Shown here: positions 8,853-17,960 of the stretch, one piece after another
How the letters are laid out: the number at the start of each line of letters is the position of its first letter
Numbering within the stretch: the stretch's first letter is position 1
NCBI GenBank assembly: GCA_963928475.1
Contig: CAWVFN010000061.1
Span: 7,208 to 71,207, forward strand
From: Bacillota bacterium
Lineage (GTDB): Bacteria; Bacillota; Dehalobacteriia; UBA7702
Length of the DNA stretch: 64,000 nt
Reading direction: 5' to 3'
The notes under the pieces: model-generated
Databases searched by the model: none
Told to the model about the DNA's origin: nothing
The model's input: only the letters and a program-made list of their open reading frames with translations
Translations under genes and position numbers: made by a program

Positions 8853-10067
8853 ATGAATGTAGAAGGAAAATTACAGCTTAAAGAAGTGAATGCCGATGAT
8901 TTTGGGGCTATGCGCTCTCAGTTTTCGGCTATGAAACGTACTGTTGATGAATTATACAGCACTTCAGAAATGGCTATGTCCAGAAGTCAGTTAAATCATC
9001 TTATGCATGATTATTATGATCTTGGTACAATAGTTGATGCCTATGAAATTTTTGGTGGTTATGTAAACCGCAGCTTTGGTGTTATTATGGAGAAAGACGG
9101 AAAACTTACGGACTATTTCGTCAGAAAATATAAGAGAACTGTTACCTATAACGATATTGAGGTAGAACACAGCCTTCTGGAATATATTCTCTCCAATGGC
9201 ATGAAAGAAGCCAGCGGTGTTATCCGTACGAAGGACGGCGCTTCCTTTGTTGAGCTGGAGGAAGAAAAAGAAGGGGAACGGGTAAAGCGCTGCTTTGCCG
9301 TATATGATTTTTTAGATGGCGAAGATACCTATGATTGGATAAACACCAATATGACGCCAGAAGAAGACAGTGGATTTGCCCGTATTTTAGCGAAGTTTCA
9401 TAATTATGCCAACGGGTTTGACCCTGGTGCTAAAGAAGAGCCCCGTATTCTTGATTATGTAGTCAAATTTAAAGATATCTTTTCTAATTGCTATAAGGAT
9501 CTGGGAATTCCGGAAAATAACCGTTTCCTGCGTTTATGGAAGGAATCATTACCTTTCTTCCTGGAAATGTGCGACAAGGTCAAGGAAAATATTACTCCCG
9601 AATTGATTAAAGGAATGCCGGAAGTACCTTGTCATTGTGATATTCATCCTGGTAACGCTAAATGGAAAGATGGAAAATGCGTAGGACTCTTTGACTTTGA
9701 CTGGTCCAAATTAGATTACCGTCTTTTTGATGTTTGTTTTGCCTTAGTATATTCATGTTCCTCTTGGGAAGCTCAAACTGACGGACGTTTATGGTTTGAT
9801 CGTTTTGGCTATTATCTGGACGGCTATAATGGTTTCCTGAAGACTGAAGGTACCTTAACTCCTATAACAGACGAGGAAAAGAAAGCCTTCCCTTATATGA
9901 TGTTAGGTGCCGCTCTTTATTTGCTGAATTGGTCTGTTTGCTACTATGAAGATTGGGAAGATTATAACGAGTACGAATATTATTTCTACCTTACACATAT
10001 TGTAAAATTGCTTCATTATATAGATAATCATGCTGAAGATTTATATGAAGTAATAAAGAATGCCTAA
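8853..10067 (+). CDS. APH-family phosphotransferase (HCDIHPGN...FDFDWS catalytic/Mg-binding motifs). The substrate is unknown; it could be a small-molecule amino-alcohol kinase or CotS-like.
   Basis: The Pfam-APH-type motifs HxDxxxxN and DFD are present. Strong SD AAAAAGGAGGA 8 nt upstream of ATG 8853; the ORF-track start 8745 lacks an SD. Confidence 0.65.
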   Translation: MNVEGKLQLKEVNADDFGAMRSQFSAMKRTVDELYSTSEMAMSRSQLNHLMHDYYDLGTIVDAYEIFGGYVNRSFGVIMEKDGKLTDYFVRKYKRTVTYNDIEVEHSLLEYILSNGMKEASGVIRTKDGASFVELEEEKEGERVKRCFAVYDFLDGEDTYDWINTNMTPEEDSGFARILAKFHNYANGFDPGAKEEPRILDYVVKFKDIFSNCYKDLGIPENNRFLRLWKESLPFFLEMCDKVKENITPELIKGMPEVPCHCDIHPGNAKWKDGKCVGLFDFDWSKLDYRLFDVCFALVYSCSSWEAQTDGRLWFDRFGYYLDGYNGFLKTEGTLTPITDEEKKAFPYMMLGAALYLLNWSVCYYEDWEDYNEYEYYFYLTHIVKLLHYIDNHAEDLYEVIKNA

Positions 10068-10289
10068 GCCCTTTGGCAAAAAAACAAACTTTTTTAAAAA
10101 AAATTATACAAAACAGTGGAAATCCTCAGGGATATATAGTATAATAGTGGCAAGTGGAAAATTTGTTGAGTTAGGTTTTTGATTTGTGAACGGTTTTCTT
10201 AGAAAGACCGTTTCACATCTCAATTTTGGCAGACCTGCCATCTGCCGGTTTTATATTTATTAAAATTTTAAATGAAAGAAGGGATTTTA

Positions 10290-11393
10290 ATGGCAATTGG
10301 TACAAAAGACGTAACCAATGCGGCTGCGAGAGAGAAGTACAAACAAGCAAAATCTTCCTTTTTGAAAAAAGGTATTATCACTGCTTTAATCTCCGGTATT
10401 CTCTACGGTCTCTATTCCGCATTTCTCGTCGCTGGTGAAGGTGTAGGTAACTGGGTAGGCTTCTGGGAACTTGGTATTGCTGGTTCTATCCTTGGTTATT
10501 GCTTGCTCTGTGCTGTCGGCGCTGGTTTGAACGATACCTGTTCCGCTATTTGGCAGATCGTTATCGCTATTGTGAAGGGTAAATTTGGTGACTTTATCGC
10601 CACTTTGAAAACCAAACCCGGCGCTATCATGATCGGTGTTGCTTTAGCTGGTGGTCCTATCGCCGCTACCGCTTACAACGTAGGTTTGATGATGGCTGGT
10701 GGTATTGCCGCCGCTATCTCCGCTCTCTGTGCCGCTGTCGGTGCTATCATTGGCCGTGTTTTCCTGAAACAGCAGCTGAACCTCCGTATGTTCTGCGGTA
10801 TCGTAATCTGCTTTGCCTCCGCTGTTGTTATTGGCTGGACCAGTTTTGACGGCCTTGACATGAGCGCTTTCATCGGTTGCTGCATCGCTTTCATAGCCGC
10901 TCTTGGCTGGGGTATTGAAGGCAGCATCGGTGGTTATGCCACTTCCATGATTGATGATGATATCAGTATCACCATCCGTCAGTGCACATCTGGTCTTACC
11001 AACCTGATCATTGTTGTTCCTATCCTCTGCGTAATGACCAGAGCTATGTTAGATACTTCTGACATCTCCGGCAACATCTATGTTTACCTGGTAGGCGGAG
11101 CCATCGGCGGCGGCGCCATCATTTGGTTCATCTTCTCAGGTCTCTTCTGCGGTCAGTCCTTCCGTATGTGGTACAAAGGTAATGCTATGTGCGGTGCCGC
11201 TCTTGGTATGACCCTCAATGCCATGTATTCCTTCTGGGTACCTCTTTGCAGCTGGATCTTGATGGGTCTCATTCTTCCTTGGGATTATGCTCCCTTGAGC
11301 GCTACTCAGTGGATTGCCGCTATTGTTGAAGTATTCGGTATCTGGCTCATCGCGATGAACCCCTTAGATCTCTTCAGAAAGAAGGAGGCTTAA
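10290..11393 (+). CDS. Polytopic membrane protein, putative transporter of unknown family.
   Basis: About 10 hydrophobic Gly/Ala-rich segments. The likely start is ATG 10290 after GAAAGAAGGGA. Probably co-transcribed with the upstream kinase, since no sigma-54 box lies between them. Confidence 0.5.
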   Translation: MAIGTKDVTNAAAREKYKQAKSSFLKKGIITALISGILYGLYSAFLVAGEGVGNWVGFWELGIAGSILGYCLLCAVGAGLNDTCSAIWQIVIAIVKGKFGDFIATLKTKPGAIMIGVALAGGPIAATAYNVGLMMAGGIAAAISALCAAVGAIIGRVFLKQQLNLRMFCGIVICFASAVVIGWTSFDGLDMSAFIGCCIAFIAALGWGIEGSIGGYATSMIDDDISITIRQCTSGLTNLIIVVPILCVMTRAMLDTSDISGNIYVYLVGGAIGGGAIIWFIFSGLFCGQSFRMWYKGNAMCGAALGMTLNAMYSFWVPLCSWILMGLILPWDYAPLSATQWIAAIVEVFGIWLIAMNPLDLFRKKEA

Positions 11394-11397
11394 GATT

Positions 11398-11667
11398 ATG
11401 AAAAAACCGTTAAACTTTGCTATTTTAAAGTATATGACAACTGTGGATAAAGCCAATCCTGCTGATGTTGTAAAGGCCTTGAAACCTGAGTATCCCTCTC
11501 ATCGTAAACTCAACGAAAAGGATGTTCTCCAGTCCCTTATGACCGCTACTGAAAATGGTTTGTTAGTGGAAGAGTCTTATGAATTGGCCGCTAATGGAGA
11601 TTTGGTAATGTATTATGCCGCTCCTGACGAATGTAAAGCTATTATCAATAGCTATATCAAAGACTGA
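11398..11667 (+). CDS. Small hypothetical protein (89 aa) translationally coupled to the membrane protein.
   Basis: SD GGAGG and a 4-bp gap after the upstream stop. No recognisable motif. Confidence 0.4.
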   Translation: MKKPLNFAILKYMTTVDKANPADVVKALKPEYPSHRKLNEKDVLQSLMTATENGLLVEESYELAANGDLVMYYAAPDECKAIINSYIKD

Positions 11668-11688
11668 ACTTAAAGGTTACTATATAAC

Positions 11689-11722
11689 TGCCCAAAAGCT
11701 GCCCTATGGCAGCTTTTGGTGC
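11689..11722 (+). terminator. Rho-independent terminator CCAAAAGCTGCC-ctat-GGCAGCTTTTGG followed by a T-rich tail.
   Basis: Perfect 12-bp stem. Confidence 0.7.
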
Positions 11723-11803
11723 GGTTATTATCTTTTGCGAAATAAGTGGATTTTTGTCGATGTAAAAAGTAGGGGATCATTTTTCTGACTCTTGTCGGCG
11801 TAT

Positions 11804-11840
11804 ATGCAAAAACGACTTATTATGCAAAAACGACTTAGGC
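11804..11840. promoter_or_regulatory. Direct repeat 2x ATGCAAAAACGACTTA, 19 bp apart, about 190 bp upstream of the mttB2 sigma-54 promoter; candidate UAS.
   Basis: Shares the CGACTTA / TAAGTCG half-site with the palindrome at 5478-5493. Confidence 0.35.
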
Positions 11841-12020
11841 TTACTGGAAAAATAGCCTAATTATTTTATTTATTAGTTGTATTTAGGACAACTTATTTTT
11901 GAAAATTTTTATTAATAGCCGTTATAAAAGCCCTCTATAGTATGGCTTTTACAAGAAAGAGCTTGAACAAATTTAATTTTTATGGTGATTTTTTAATTTA
12001 TATTGCGAAATGGTTATAAA

Positions 12021-12036
12021 TGGCACGTTTTTTGCA
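12021..12036 (+). promoter_or_regulatory. Sigma-54 promoter TGGCACG-TTTT-TTGCA (perfect consensus) upstream of the second MttB-family gene.
   Basis: Exact YTGGCACG-N4-TTGCW match, about 108 bp before ATG 12144. Confidence 0.7.
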
Positions 12037-12143
12037 ATATTCAACTTATAGTTGTTTTCAAGAAGATTATTTTTGCTTACCCAGGGTGAGTATGATTATA
12101 AAATTATATTTTTTATAAATTATTGGGAGAGGAGTGTTATATA

Positions 12144-13586
12144 ATGTTAACACAAGAAGTAAAGTATTTGACACCTGAACAAAGACAAAGCGTTCATGAA
12201 GCTTCCATGCAGGTTTTGGAAGAAACCGGTCTTTTAGTCCATAATGAAAAGGCCAGAGAAATATTTAAGGAACATGGCTGCGATGTTGACGCTGAAGGTC
12301 ATGTAAAAATTCCCCATAAGGTAATTGAAGAAAAAATTAAATATTTCCAGCCTTCCTATACCTTTACCGCTCAGGATCCTGAATTTGATATTACCATTCC
12401 CGAAGAAGGCCCCTGTGTTGTAACAGCTAGCTCCGCGCCTTTCGTACTCGATCCTAAAACTAAGGAACAACGCCGTGCTACTTCTAAAGATATCGCTAAC
12501 ATTGCGTATCTTATTAATGAGCTCCCCGGCTTTAATGTATTTTCCATTTCTACTTTGGCTGATGATGCTCCTGAAGGTCAGTTCACTTTATCCAGATTCT
12601 ATCCTGCCTTGAAGAACTGCAAAAAACCTGTTCGTTCCAACACTGTTAATATGAAGGACTTAATGACCTGCTTGGAACTGGGTTATACTATTGCTGGCAG
12701 TGAAGAAGCTTATATGGAACGCCCCTTCATTAACCATCATTATTGCCCTGTGGTTTCTCCTCTGACCATGGATGTTGAATCCACTGAAGCTGTTACTTAT
12801 TTGGCACAAAAAGGTCTTCCTGTATACACCACAGTTGTTCCCAATGCTGGTATGACCTCTCCTATGAGTATGGTCGGTACTTTGGTAGTTGGCAACGCTG
12901 AATTCTTAGCTATCAACTGCTATTATCAGATGATTCGTGAAGGTATGCCTATTATCTATGCTTATCTCCCCACTGTTGCTGATATGAGAACTGGTAACTA
13001 TACTCCTGGTGCTGTTGAAACCGGTATTTTGGAAATGGCCCACACTGAAATGGCTGAATTCTACGGTGTTCCTTCCGGCGGTTACATTGGCTTGACCAAT
13101 GCTCACTGCAATGACGCTCAGAATGGTTATGAAGTAGCTCTTAATACTACTGGTGCTATGTTAGCTGGCGCTTCCCTCTTGAACATGGGTGGTCTTATCG
13201 ACAGCCTTACCACTTTCGATTTTGCTAAAGCTATCATCGATAATGAAGTAGCTATGAGCTTAAAGAGAATGAAACGTGGTATGGATTATGATGAAGCCGA
13301 CTTGAAAGAATGCATCGGTTTGATTGATAAGATCGGACCTGGTGGTCTTTACATGTCTGAAGAACATACCTTCAGAAATATGAAATCTATCGCTTATCTT
13401 ACTAATATTGGTTCCAGAGACGCTCGTGCTCAGTGGGATGGCAGACCCATCGAAGATAGATGCTATGACAAAGCTGACGAACTTCTCAGCAAACCCAATC
13501 CCGCCAGATTCTCTGACGAACTTGATGCTAAGATCAAAGCTAACTTCCCCGGTATTGTTGCTGGTGACGCTGTTTGGGATTATTAA
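12144..13586 (+). CDS. MttB-superfamily corrinoid methyltransferase without an amber codon (non-Pyl type, as in the quaternary-amine methyltransferases MtgB/MtcB/MtpB).
   Basis: Full-length 480 aa TIM-barrel MttB-like sequence (LTPEQRQSVHEASMQVLEETG...) with no in-frame TAG. SD GGGAGAGGAG upstream of ATG 12144. Confidence 0.8.
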   Translation: MLTQEVKYLTPEQRQSVHEASMQVLEETGLLVHNEKAREIFKEHGCDVDAEGHVKIPHKVIEEKIKYFQPSYTFTAQDPEFDITIPEEGPCVVTASSAPFVLDPKTKEQRRATSKDIANIAYLINELPGFNVFSISTLADDAPEGQFTLSRFYPALKNCKKPVRSNTVNMKDLMTCLELGYTIAGSEEAYMERPFINHHYCPVVSPLTMDVESTEAVTYLAQKGLPVYTTVVPNAGMTSPMSMVGTLVVGNAEFLAINCYYQMIREGMPIIYAYLPTVADMRTGNYTPGAVETGILEMAHTEMAEFYGVPSGGYIGLTNAHCNDAQNGYEVALNTTGAMLAGASLLNMGGLIDSLTTFDFAKAIIDNEVAMSLKRMKRGMDYDEADLKECIGLIDKIGPGGLYMSEEHTFRNMKSIAYLTNIGSRDARAQWDGRPIEDRCYDKADELLSKPNPARFSDELDAKIKANFPGIVAGDAVWDY

Positions 13587-13629
13587 TTTTCAAAGATGCT
13601 CCCTATTAGGAGCACAAAATAAAAGAACA

Positions 13630-13668
13630 AAGGCGCGCGTGTGTAAATCACGCGCGCCTTTCCTTATT
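13630..13668 (+). terminator. Rho-independent terminator AGGCGCGCGTG-tgtaaat-CACGCGCGCCT followed by TTTCCTT.
   Basis: GC-rich 11-bp stem. Confidence 0.7.
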
Positions 13669-13902
13669 GGTGAATTATTTATCTAATTAAAACAAATTTT
13701 ATTTATATAAAAATAAAAAATTTCCGGTATAATTTATTTTTGTCTTGGGTGCTCCCATAAGCAGGGGGAATAGTTTCTATGAGGAAAAATGCCAGTTTAT
13801 GGTGGTTTTATCCCTGAATTTAGCGATTGACAAAACAGTCATTTAAGGGTATGATTAAGTCGTATAGAAAGGTATTTTTTAACTGTTGGGGGTAAGAGAG
13901 TA

Positions 13903-14541
13903 ATGGCTTTAATATTTTTTGACTATGATGGAGTAGTCGTGGATTCCTTGGCGGTGGAAACTAAAAATTTTGTGTCCGCGTGCCACGAAGTTGGTATAGA
14001 TGCTGTTAATACCAGTGATGATATGGCAAAGCTAAGTGAAGGCAATTTTTATCAGGGTCTAATGGATTGGGGCGTGCCCCAGGATAAGCTTAAGGTTGCC
14101 ATGGATATATACGCCCAGAAAAAAGAGTCCCCGGATTTTCATGTAGATGCTCACAAGCCCATTGTAAAGTTATTAAAAAAATTAACAAAGCATTATCCCG
14201 TCTATGTGGTAACATCCAATACCTCAAATACTGTTGAACGCATAATGGCGGAAAACGGTGTAGAGGGTATAAGAGAGGTCTTAGGAGCGGAAAAAGAGAC
14301 CAGCAAGATTCTTAAGTTACATAAAGTAATGGCTCAGTATCCTGGGGAAAAGACCATTTTTGTAGGGGATACTAAAGGCGATATGGTTGAAGCCGCTGAG
14401 GCTGGAATAGATGTGCGTATTGGTGTTACCTGGGGTTGGCAGAAGCCTTGGATCGTGGCATCTGGTAATCCTGATTATATATTTGATGATTTTTCTACTT
14501 TACGGGCTTGGTTTAAAGGTTTTATGAAGGTGACAAAATAG
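13903..14541 (+). CDS. HAD-superfamily hydrolase (phosphatase; PGP/PchP-like subfamily).
   Basis: Motif I FFDYDGVVVDS, motif III K, motif IV GDTKGD. Ends with a TAG stop. Confidence 0.7.
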   Translation: MALIFFDYDGVVVDSLAVETKNFVSACHEVGIDAVNTSDDMAKLSEGNFYQGLMDWGVPQDKLKVAMDIYAQKKESPDFHVDAHKPIVKLLKKLTKHYPVYVVTSNTSNTVERIMAENGVEGIREVLGAEKETSKILKLHKVMAQYPGEKTIFVGDTKGDMVEAAEAGIDVRIGVTWGWQKPWIVASGNPDYIFDDFSTLRAWFKGFMKVTK

Positions 14542-14572
14542 TCTAAAAAAGTCGAAAAAATAATATAGTCAA

Positions 14573-14605
14573 GTCAAATATGATTTTATAAGTCATTTTT
14601 GACTT
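14573..14605. promoter_or_regulatory. Two tandem AAGTC-N6-GA(C/T)TT units (AAGTCAAATATGATTT and AAGTCATTTTTGACTT); candidate UAS for the eut sigma-54 promoter.
   Basis: Located 75-105 bp upstream of the -24 element. Same motif as at 3078, 5478 and 8591-8624. Confidence 0.45.
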
Positions 14606-14676
14606 GGACGAATAACGACAGATCGAGGGACAGCAGGTAAGACCCACTGTGCCACGGGGTGAAAAAAAAGGGTTTT

Positions 14677-14692
14677 TGGCATGAAAATTGCA
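14677..14692 (+). promoter_or_regulatory. Sigma-54 promoter TGGCATG-AAAA-TTGCA upstream of eutS.
   Basis: Consensus -24/-12 with GG-N10-GC spacing, 109 bp upstream of the eutS GTG. Confidence 0.65.
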
Positions 14693-14800
14693 GTATATAT
14701 TAATGCTGAAAAAGCGTTTTCTCTTTAAAAATCTAAGATTTTGGAGGTGAAGACATAGCATCCGCCGACGCGGGCTTATTAAGGAAAGGGCGGTGAAAAA

Positions 14801-15160
14801 GTGGTTTACGACGGAGATGCCAATGAAGGCAAACAACGTGTTATACAGGAATATGTTCCTGGGAAGCAGGTTACGCTTTTACATGTTATCGCCCAACCAG
14901 TTGACGATGTTTACGATAAGTTAGGTTTGCCCCATGACGGGGCTATAGGTATTTTGACCTTAACTCCTGGTGAAACCGCGATTATTGCCGGAGATATAGC
15001 CACAAAGGCCGGGGAGGTACGCATTGGTTTTTTAGATCGTTTTACCGGCGCGCTGACAATTACCGGTGATGTGGCAAGTGTAACGACATCCTTAAAGGCC
15101 GTAAATGAGTATCTGGAAACAGTATTAGGATATTCTCCGGCGCCGCTGACTAAATCATGA
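14801..15160 (+). CDS. eutS: EutS/PduU-type circularly permuted BMC shell protein.
   Basis: RVIQEYVPGKQVTLLHVIAQP...GILTLTPGETAIIAGDIATKAG matches E. coli EutS nearly residue for residue. GTG start. Confidence 0.85.
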   Translation: MVYDGDANEGKQRVIQEYVPGKQVTLLHVIAQPVDDVYDKLGLPHDGAIGILTLTPGETAIIAGDIATKAGEVRIGFLDRFTGALTITGDVASVTTSLKAVNEYLETVLGYSPAPLTKS

Positions 15161-15600
15161 AGAAACGCATTATGGTTGTGGGTCCGGTAGGAACCGGCAA
15201 ATCAACTTTGTTGCATACCCTTTATCATGGTAAAGGGGTAACTAAGACCCAGAGCTTGGAATTTGAGGCCAATTCTATTGATACTCCGGGAGAATTTGTG
15301 GAAAATCCATTTTATCATCATTGTCTTTTTGCCACGGCTTTAGAAGCGGATCTAATCATTTTTTTGCAGGATGCCACAATTGATCGTCTTTTGTTTCCGC
15401 CGGGGTTTGCTACGGGATTTCCCAAGCCCTCTATTGGTGTAGTGACTAAGATTGATAAGGAAGGCGCCGATGTAGATAGATCAATATCTATTTTAAAGAC
15501 TCTGGAAACAACGGAAGATGTGTATATTCCAATTTCTTCTGTTACTGGTGCGGGCCTTGAAGAATTAAGAGAATTTGTTGAGAATTTTTTTAGCGAATAA
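15157..15600 (+). CDS. eutP: EutP/PduV-family small GTPase.
   Basis: P-loop GPVGTGKST and DTPGE motifs. 147 aa. Confidence 0.85.
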   Translation: MKKRIMVVGPVGTGKSTLLHTLYHGKGVTKTQSLEFEANSIDTPGEFVENPFYHHCLFATALEADLIIFLQDATIDRLLFPPGFATGFPKPSIGVVTKIDKEGADVDRSISILKTLETTEDVYIPISSVTGAGLEELREFVENFFSE

Positions 15601-15667
15601 TTAGTGTTTATAAATTTATCTTTTATATATTTATTAATACAGTAACCACGATTAAGGAGGTTTAAGA

Positions 15668-17026
15668 ATGAAGCTAAAAGCTAACGTCTACGGCACAGTT
15701 TTTACTTTTAAATCTGTGGCAGAGGTTCTGGCCAAGGCTAATGAAGTTAAAGCCGGCGATACCCTTCAGGGTGTGGCAGCGGAATCTCAGACCGAGAGAG
15801 TTGCGGCAAAGTTAGTACTCAGCCGCCTGACTTTGGAGGATATTTACGAAAATCCAGTAATTCCCTATGAAAAGGATGAAGTTACCCGTATCATCTATGA
15901 TGATATTAATAAATCTACTTATAATAAATATAAGAATTATACTATCGGCGCTATCCGTGAGTTTGTTCTTTCCCAGCCTGAATATGAAGTTCTCAAACTG
16001 GGCCGCGGCATGACTTCGGAAATGATTGCCGGTGTTGCGAAGATCATGAGCAACATGGACTTGGTAGCTGCCGCTTCCAAGCTCCGTCCTACCAGCCGCT
16101 GCAATACCACTATGGGTATAAAAGGCACGATTGCTTACAGAAATCAGCCTAACCATACTACCGACGATGTCAATGGTATTATGGCTTCTATGAAGGAAGG
16201 TTTTACCTATGGTTCCGGCGATGCTGTCATTGGTATTAACCCGGTAGAAGATAATCCGGAAAATACAGCTTATTTGTTAAAAACAGCCCATGAATTTATG
16301 GAAAAATGGGAAATTCCTACCCAGGCTTGTGTTTTAGCCCATGTTACCACTCAGATGAAGGCTCAGGAATTAGGCGCTCCTATCGATGTTTTCTTCCAAT
16401 CCATTTCTGGTACCCAAGCTACCAATGAAGCCTTTGGTATTGACGCCGCTCTCCTCAGCGAAGCTAGAGAAGCCGCTCGTCTTGGCGGGACAAGCTTAGG
16501 ACCTAATTTCATGTATTTTGAAACAGGTCAGGGTTCCGAGTTATCTCTGGAAGGCGATGAAGGCGTTGACGAAATGACTTTGGAAGCCAGAACCTATGGC
16601 TTTGGCCGTCACTTCCAGCCTTTTATGGTAAACAATGTATCCGGTTTTATTGGACCTGAAACTATTTATGATGGACGTGAAGTTGTCCGGGCCGACTTGG
16701 AAGACTTGTTTATGGGTAAACTTCATGGTCTGCCCATGGGTATCGCTCCCTGTTATACCAATCACATGAACGCTGACCAGAACGACCAAGAAAACGGTAC
16801 CATGCTTTGTGCCATGGCTGGTTCCTTCTATTTCATGGGCGTACCCGGCGGCGACGATGTTATGCTGAACTATCAGGATACCAGTTACCATGATGACGCC
16901 ACTGTCCGTGAGGTTTTAGGTTTACGTCCCTTGCCTGAATTTGAAAAATGGATGGAAAAAATGGGCTTAATGGAAGACGGCCATCTCACTCCCATTGCCG
17001 GTGATCCGTCTATCTTTGATAAATAA
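15668..17026 (+). CDS. eutB: Ethanolamine ammonia-lyase large subunit.
   Basis: MKLKANVYGTVFTFKSVAEVLAKANE...SGD..QGVAA aligns with EutB along its full length. 452 aa. Confidence 0.95.
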   Translation: MKLKANVYGTVFTFKSVAEVLAKANEVKAGDTLQGVAAESQTERVAAKLVLSRLTLEDIYENPVIPYEKDEVTRIIYDDINKSTYNKYKNYTIGAIREFVLSQPEYEVLKLGRGMTSEMIAGVAKIMSNMDLVAAASKLRPTSRCNTTMGIKGTIAYRNQPNHTTDDVNGIMASMKEGFTYGSGDAVIGINPVEDNPENTAYLLKTAHEFMEKWEIPTQACVLAHVTTQMKAQELGAPIDVFFQSISGTQATNEAFGIDAALLSEAREAARLGGTSLGPNFMYFETGQGSELSLEGDEGVDEMTLEARTYGFGRHFQPFMVNNVSGFIGPETIYDGREVVRADLEDLFMGKLHGLPMGIAPCYTNHMNADQNDQENGTMLCAMAGSFYFMGVPGGDDVMLNYQDTSYHDDATVREVLGLRPLPEFEKWMEKMGLMEDGHLTPIAGDPSIFDK

Positions 17027-17035
17027 TGGAGGTGA

Positions 17036-17935
17036 ATGAAGGTGCCAGATTATAATAACGAAATGGAAAGAAAGATAGTCGAGTCGGTACTTGCCGAATT
17101 ACGTAAAAATGGCGGTGCTACTCCTCAGACTACAGTTAGCATAAATACTCCAAGCTCCGGCTCAGTTTTCGATGATGGTGTTATCGAGCTCCCGGACATC
17201 AGTGTTCCCATGGTTGATAATCCCTATAATCAATCCTCTTTGGAAGCTATGAAGAGAATTACTAACGCTCGTATCGCTTTGGGACGTTGCGGAACCAGAC
17301 AGAAAACAGATCCTCTTATCCGTTTCTTGGCTGACCATGCCGCGGCTCGCGACGCTGTTTTCCTTGATGTTAGTGAAGACTTTCTGAAAAACAACAATTT
17401 GGAAATAGTGACAACTGAGGCCGCTACTAAAGAACAATTCCTGACAGAACCTAACCGTGGTACCGTCTTAAGCGCTGATGGCAGACGTATATTAAACCAG
17501 GTTTGCAAAAAGGGTGTACAGGTACAGATCATTGTTACCGATGGTTTGAGTTCCAGAGCTATTGAAAGAAATATTGAGGATATCATGCCTCCTCTTCTCA
17601 ATGGTTTGCAGGGTCTTGGCGTTACTGTAGGAACCCCTGTTTTCATTAAGAACGGCCGTGTTCGTGTAATGGATGACGTGGGTATGGAATTAGGCTGTGA
17701 TGTGGTAGTAAACCTCATTGGTGAAAGACCTGGTCTTGGTACTGCCAGCAGTATGAGCGCTTATCTTATTTATAAACCTACCAAGGATACAGTGGAAGCT
17801 GACAGAACTTTGATTTCCAATATTTATAAGGGTGGTACTCCTCCGGTAGAAGCTGGCGCTCAATTAGTTGAATTGATTAAAAATATTCTTAAACATAAAG
17901 CCAGCGGTGTTAAACTTAATGAGCTGACTAAATAA
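17036..17935 (+). CDS. eutC: Ethanolamine ammonia-lyase small subunit with an N-terminal amphipathic helix (encapsulation-peptide-like).
   Basis: Conserved RIALGRCGTR and ERPGLG motifs. N-terminus is MERKIVESVLAELRK. Confidence 0.9.
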   Translation: MKVPDYNNEMERKIVESVLAELRKNGGATPQTTVSINTPSSGSVFDDGVIELPDISVPMVDNPYNQSSLEAMKRITNARIALGRCGTRQKTDPLIRFLADHAAARDAVFLDVSEDFLKNNNLEIVTTEAATKEQFLTEPNRGTVLSADGRRILNQVCKKGVQVQIIVTDGLSSRAIERNIEDIMPPLLNGLQGLGVTVGTPVFIKNGRVRVMDDVGMELGCDVVVNLIGERPGLGTASSMSAYLIYKPTKDTVEADRTLISNIYKGGTPPVEAGAQLVELIKNILKHKASGVKLNELTK

Positions 17936-17960
17936 ATTTTATTTAAGAGTTTAGGGAAAG

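Noticed and set aside
10226-10438. A 70-aa ORF overlapping the start of the membrane-protein gene.
   Set aside because: It is out of frame with the well-supported transporter ORF and has odd composition.
14543-14800. A possible cobalamin riboswitch upstream of eutS (CCACTGTGCCACGGGG resembles a B12 box), plus ORF 14543..14836 on the minus strand.
   Set aside because: The similarity to the B12 box covers only about 15 nt, and no P1-P6 architecture is visible by eye. The region is better explained by the sigma-54 promoter and AAGTC repeats. The minus-strand ORF has an implausible composition. A covariance-model scan would settle the riboswitch question.
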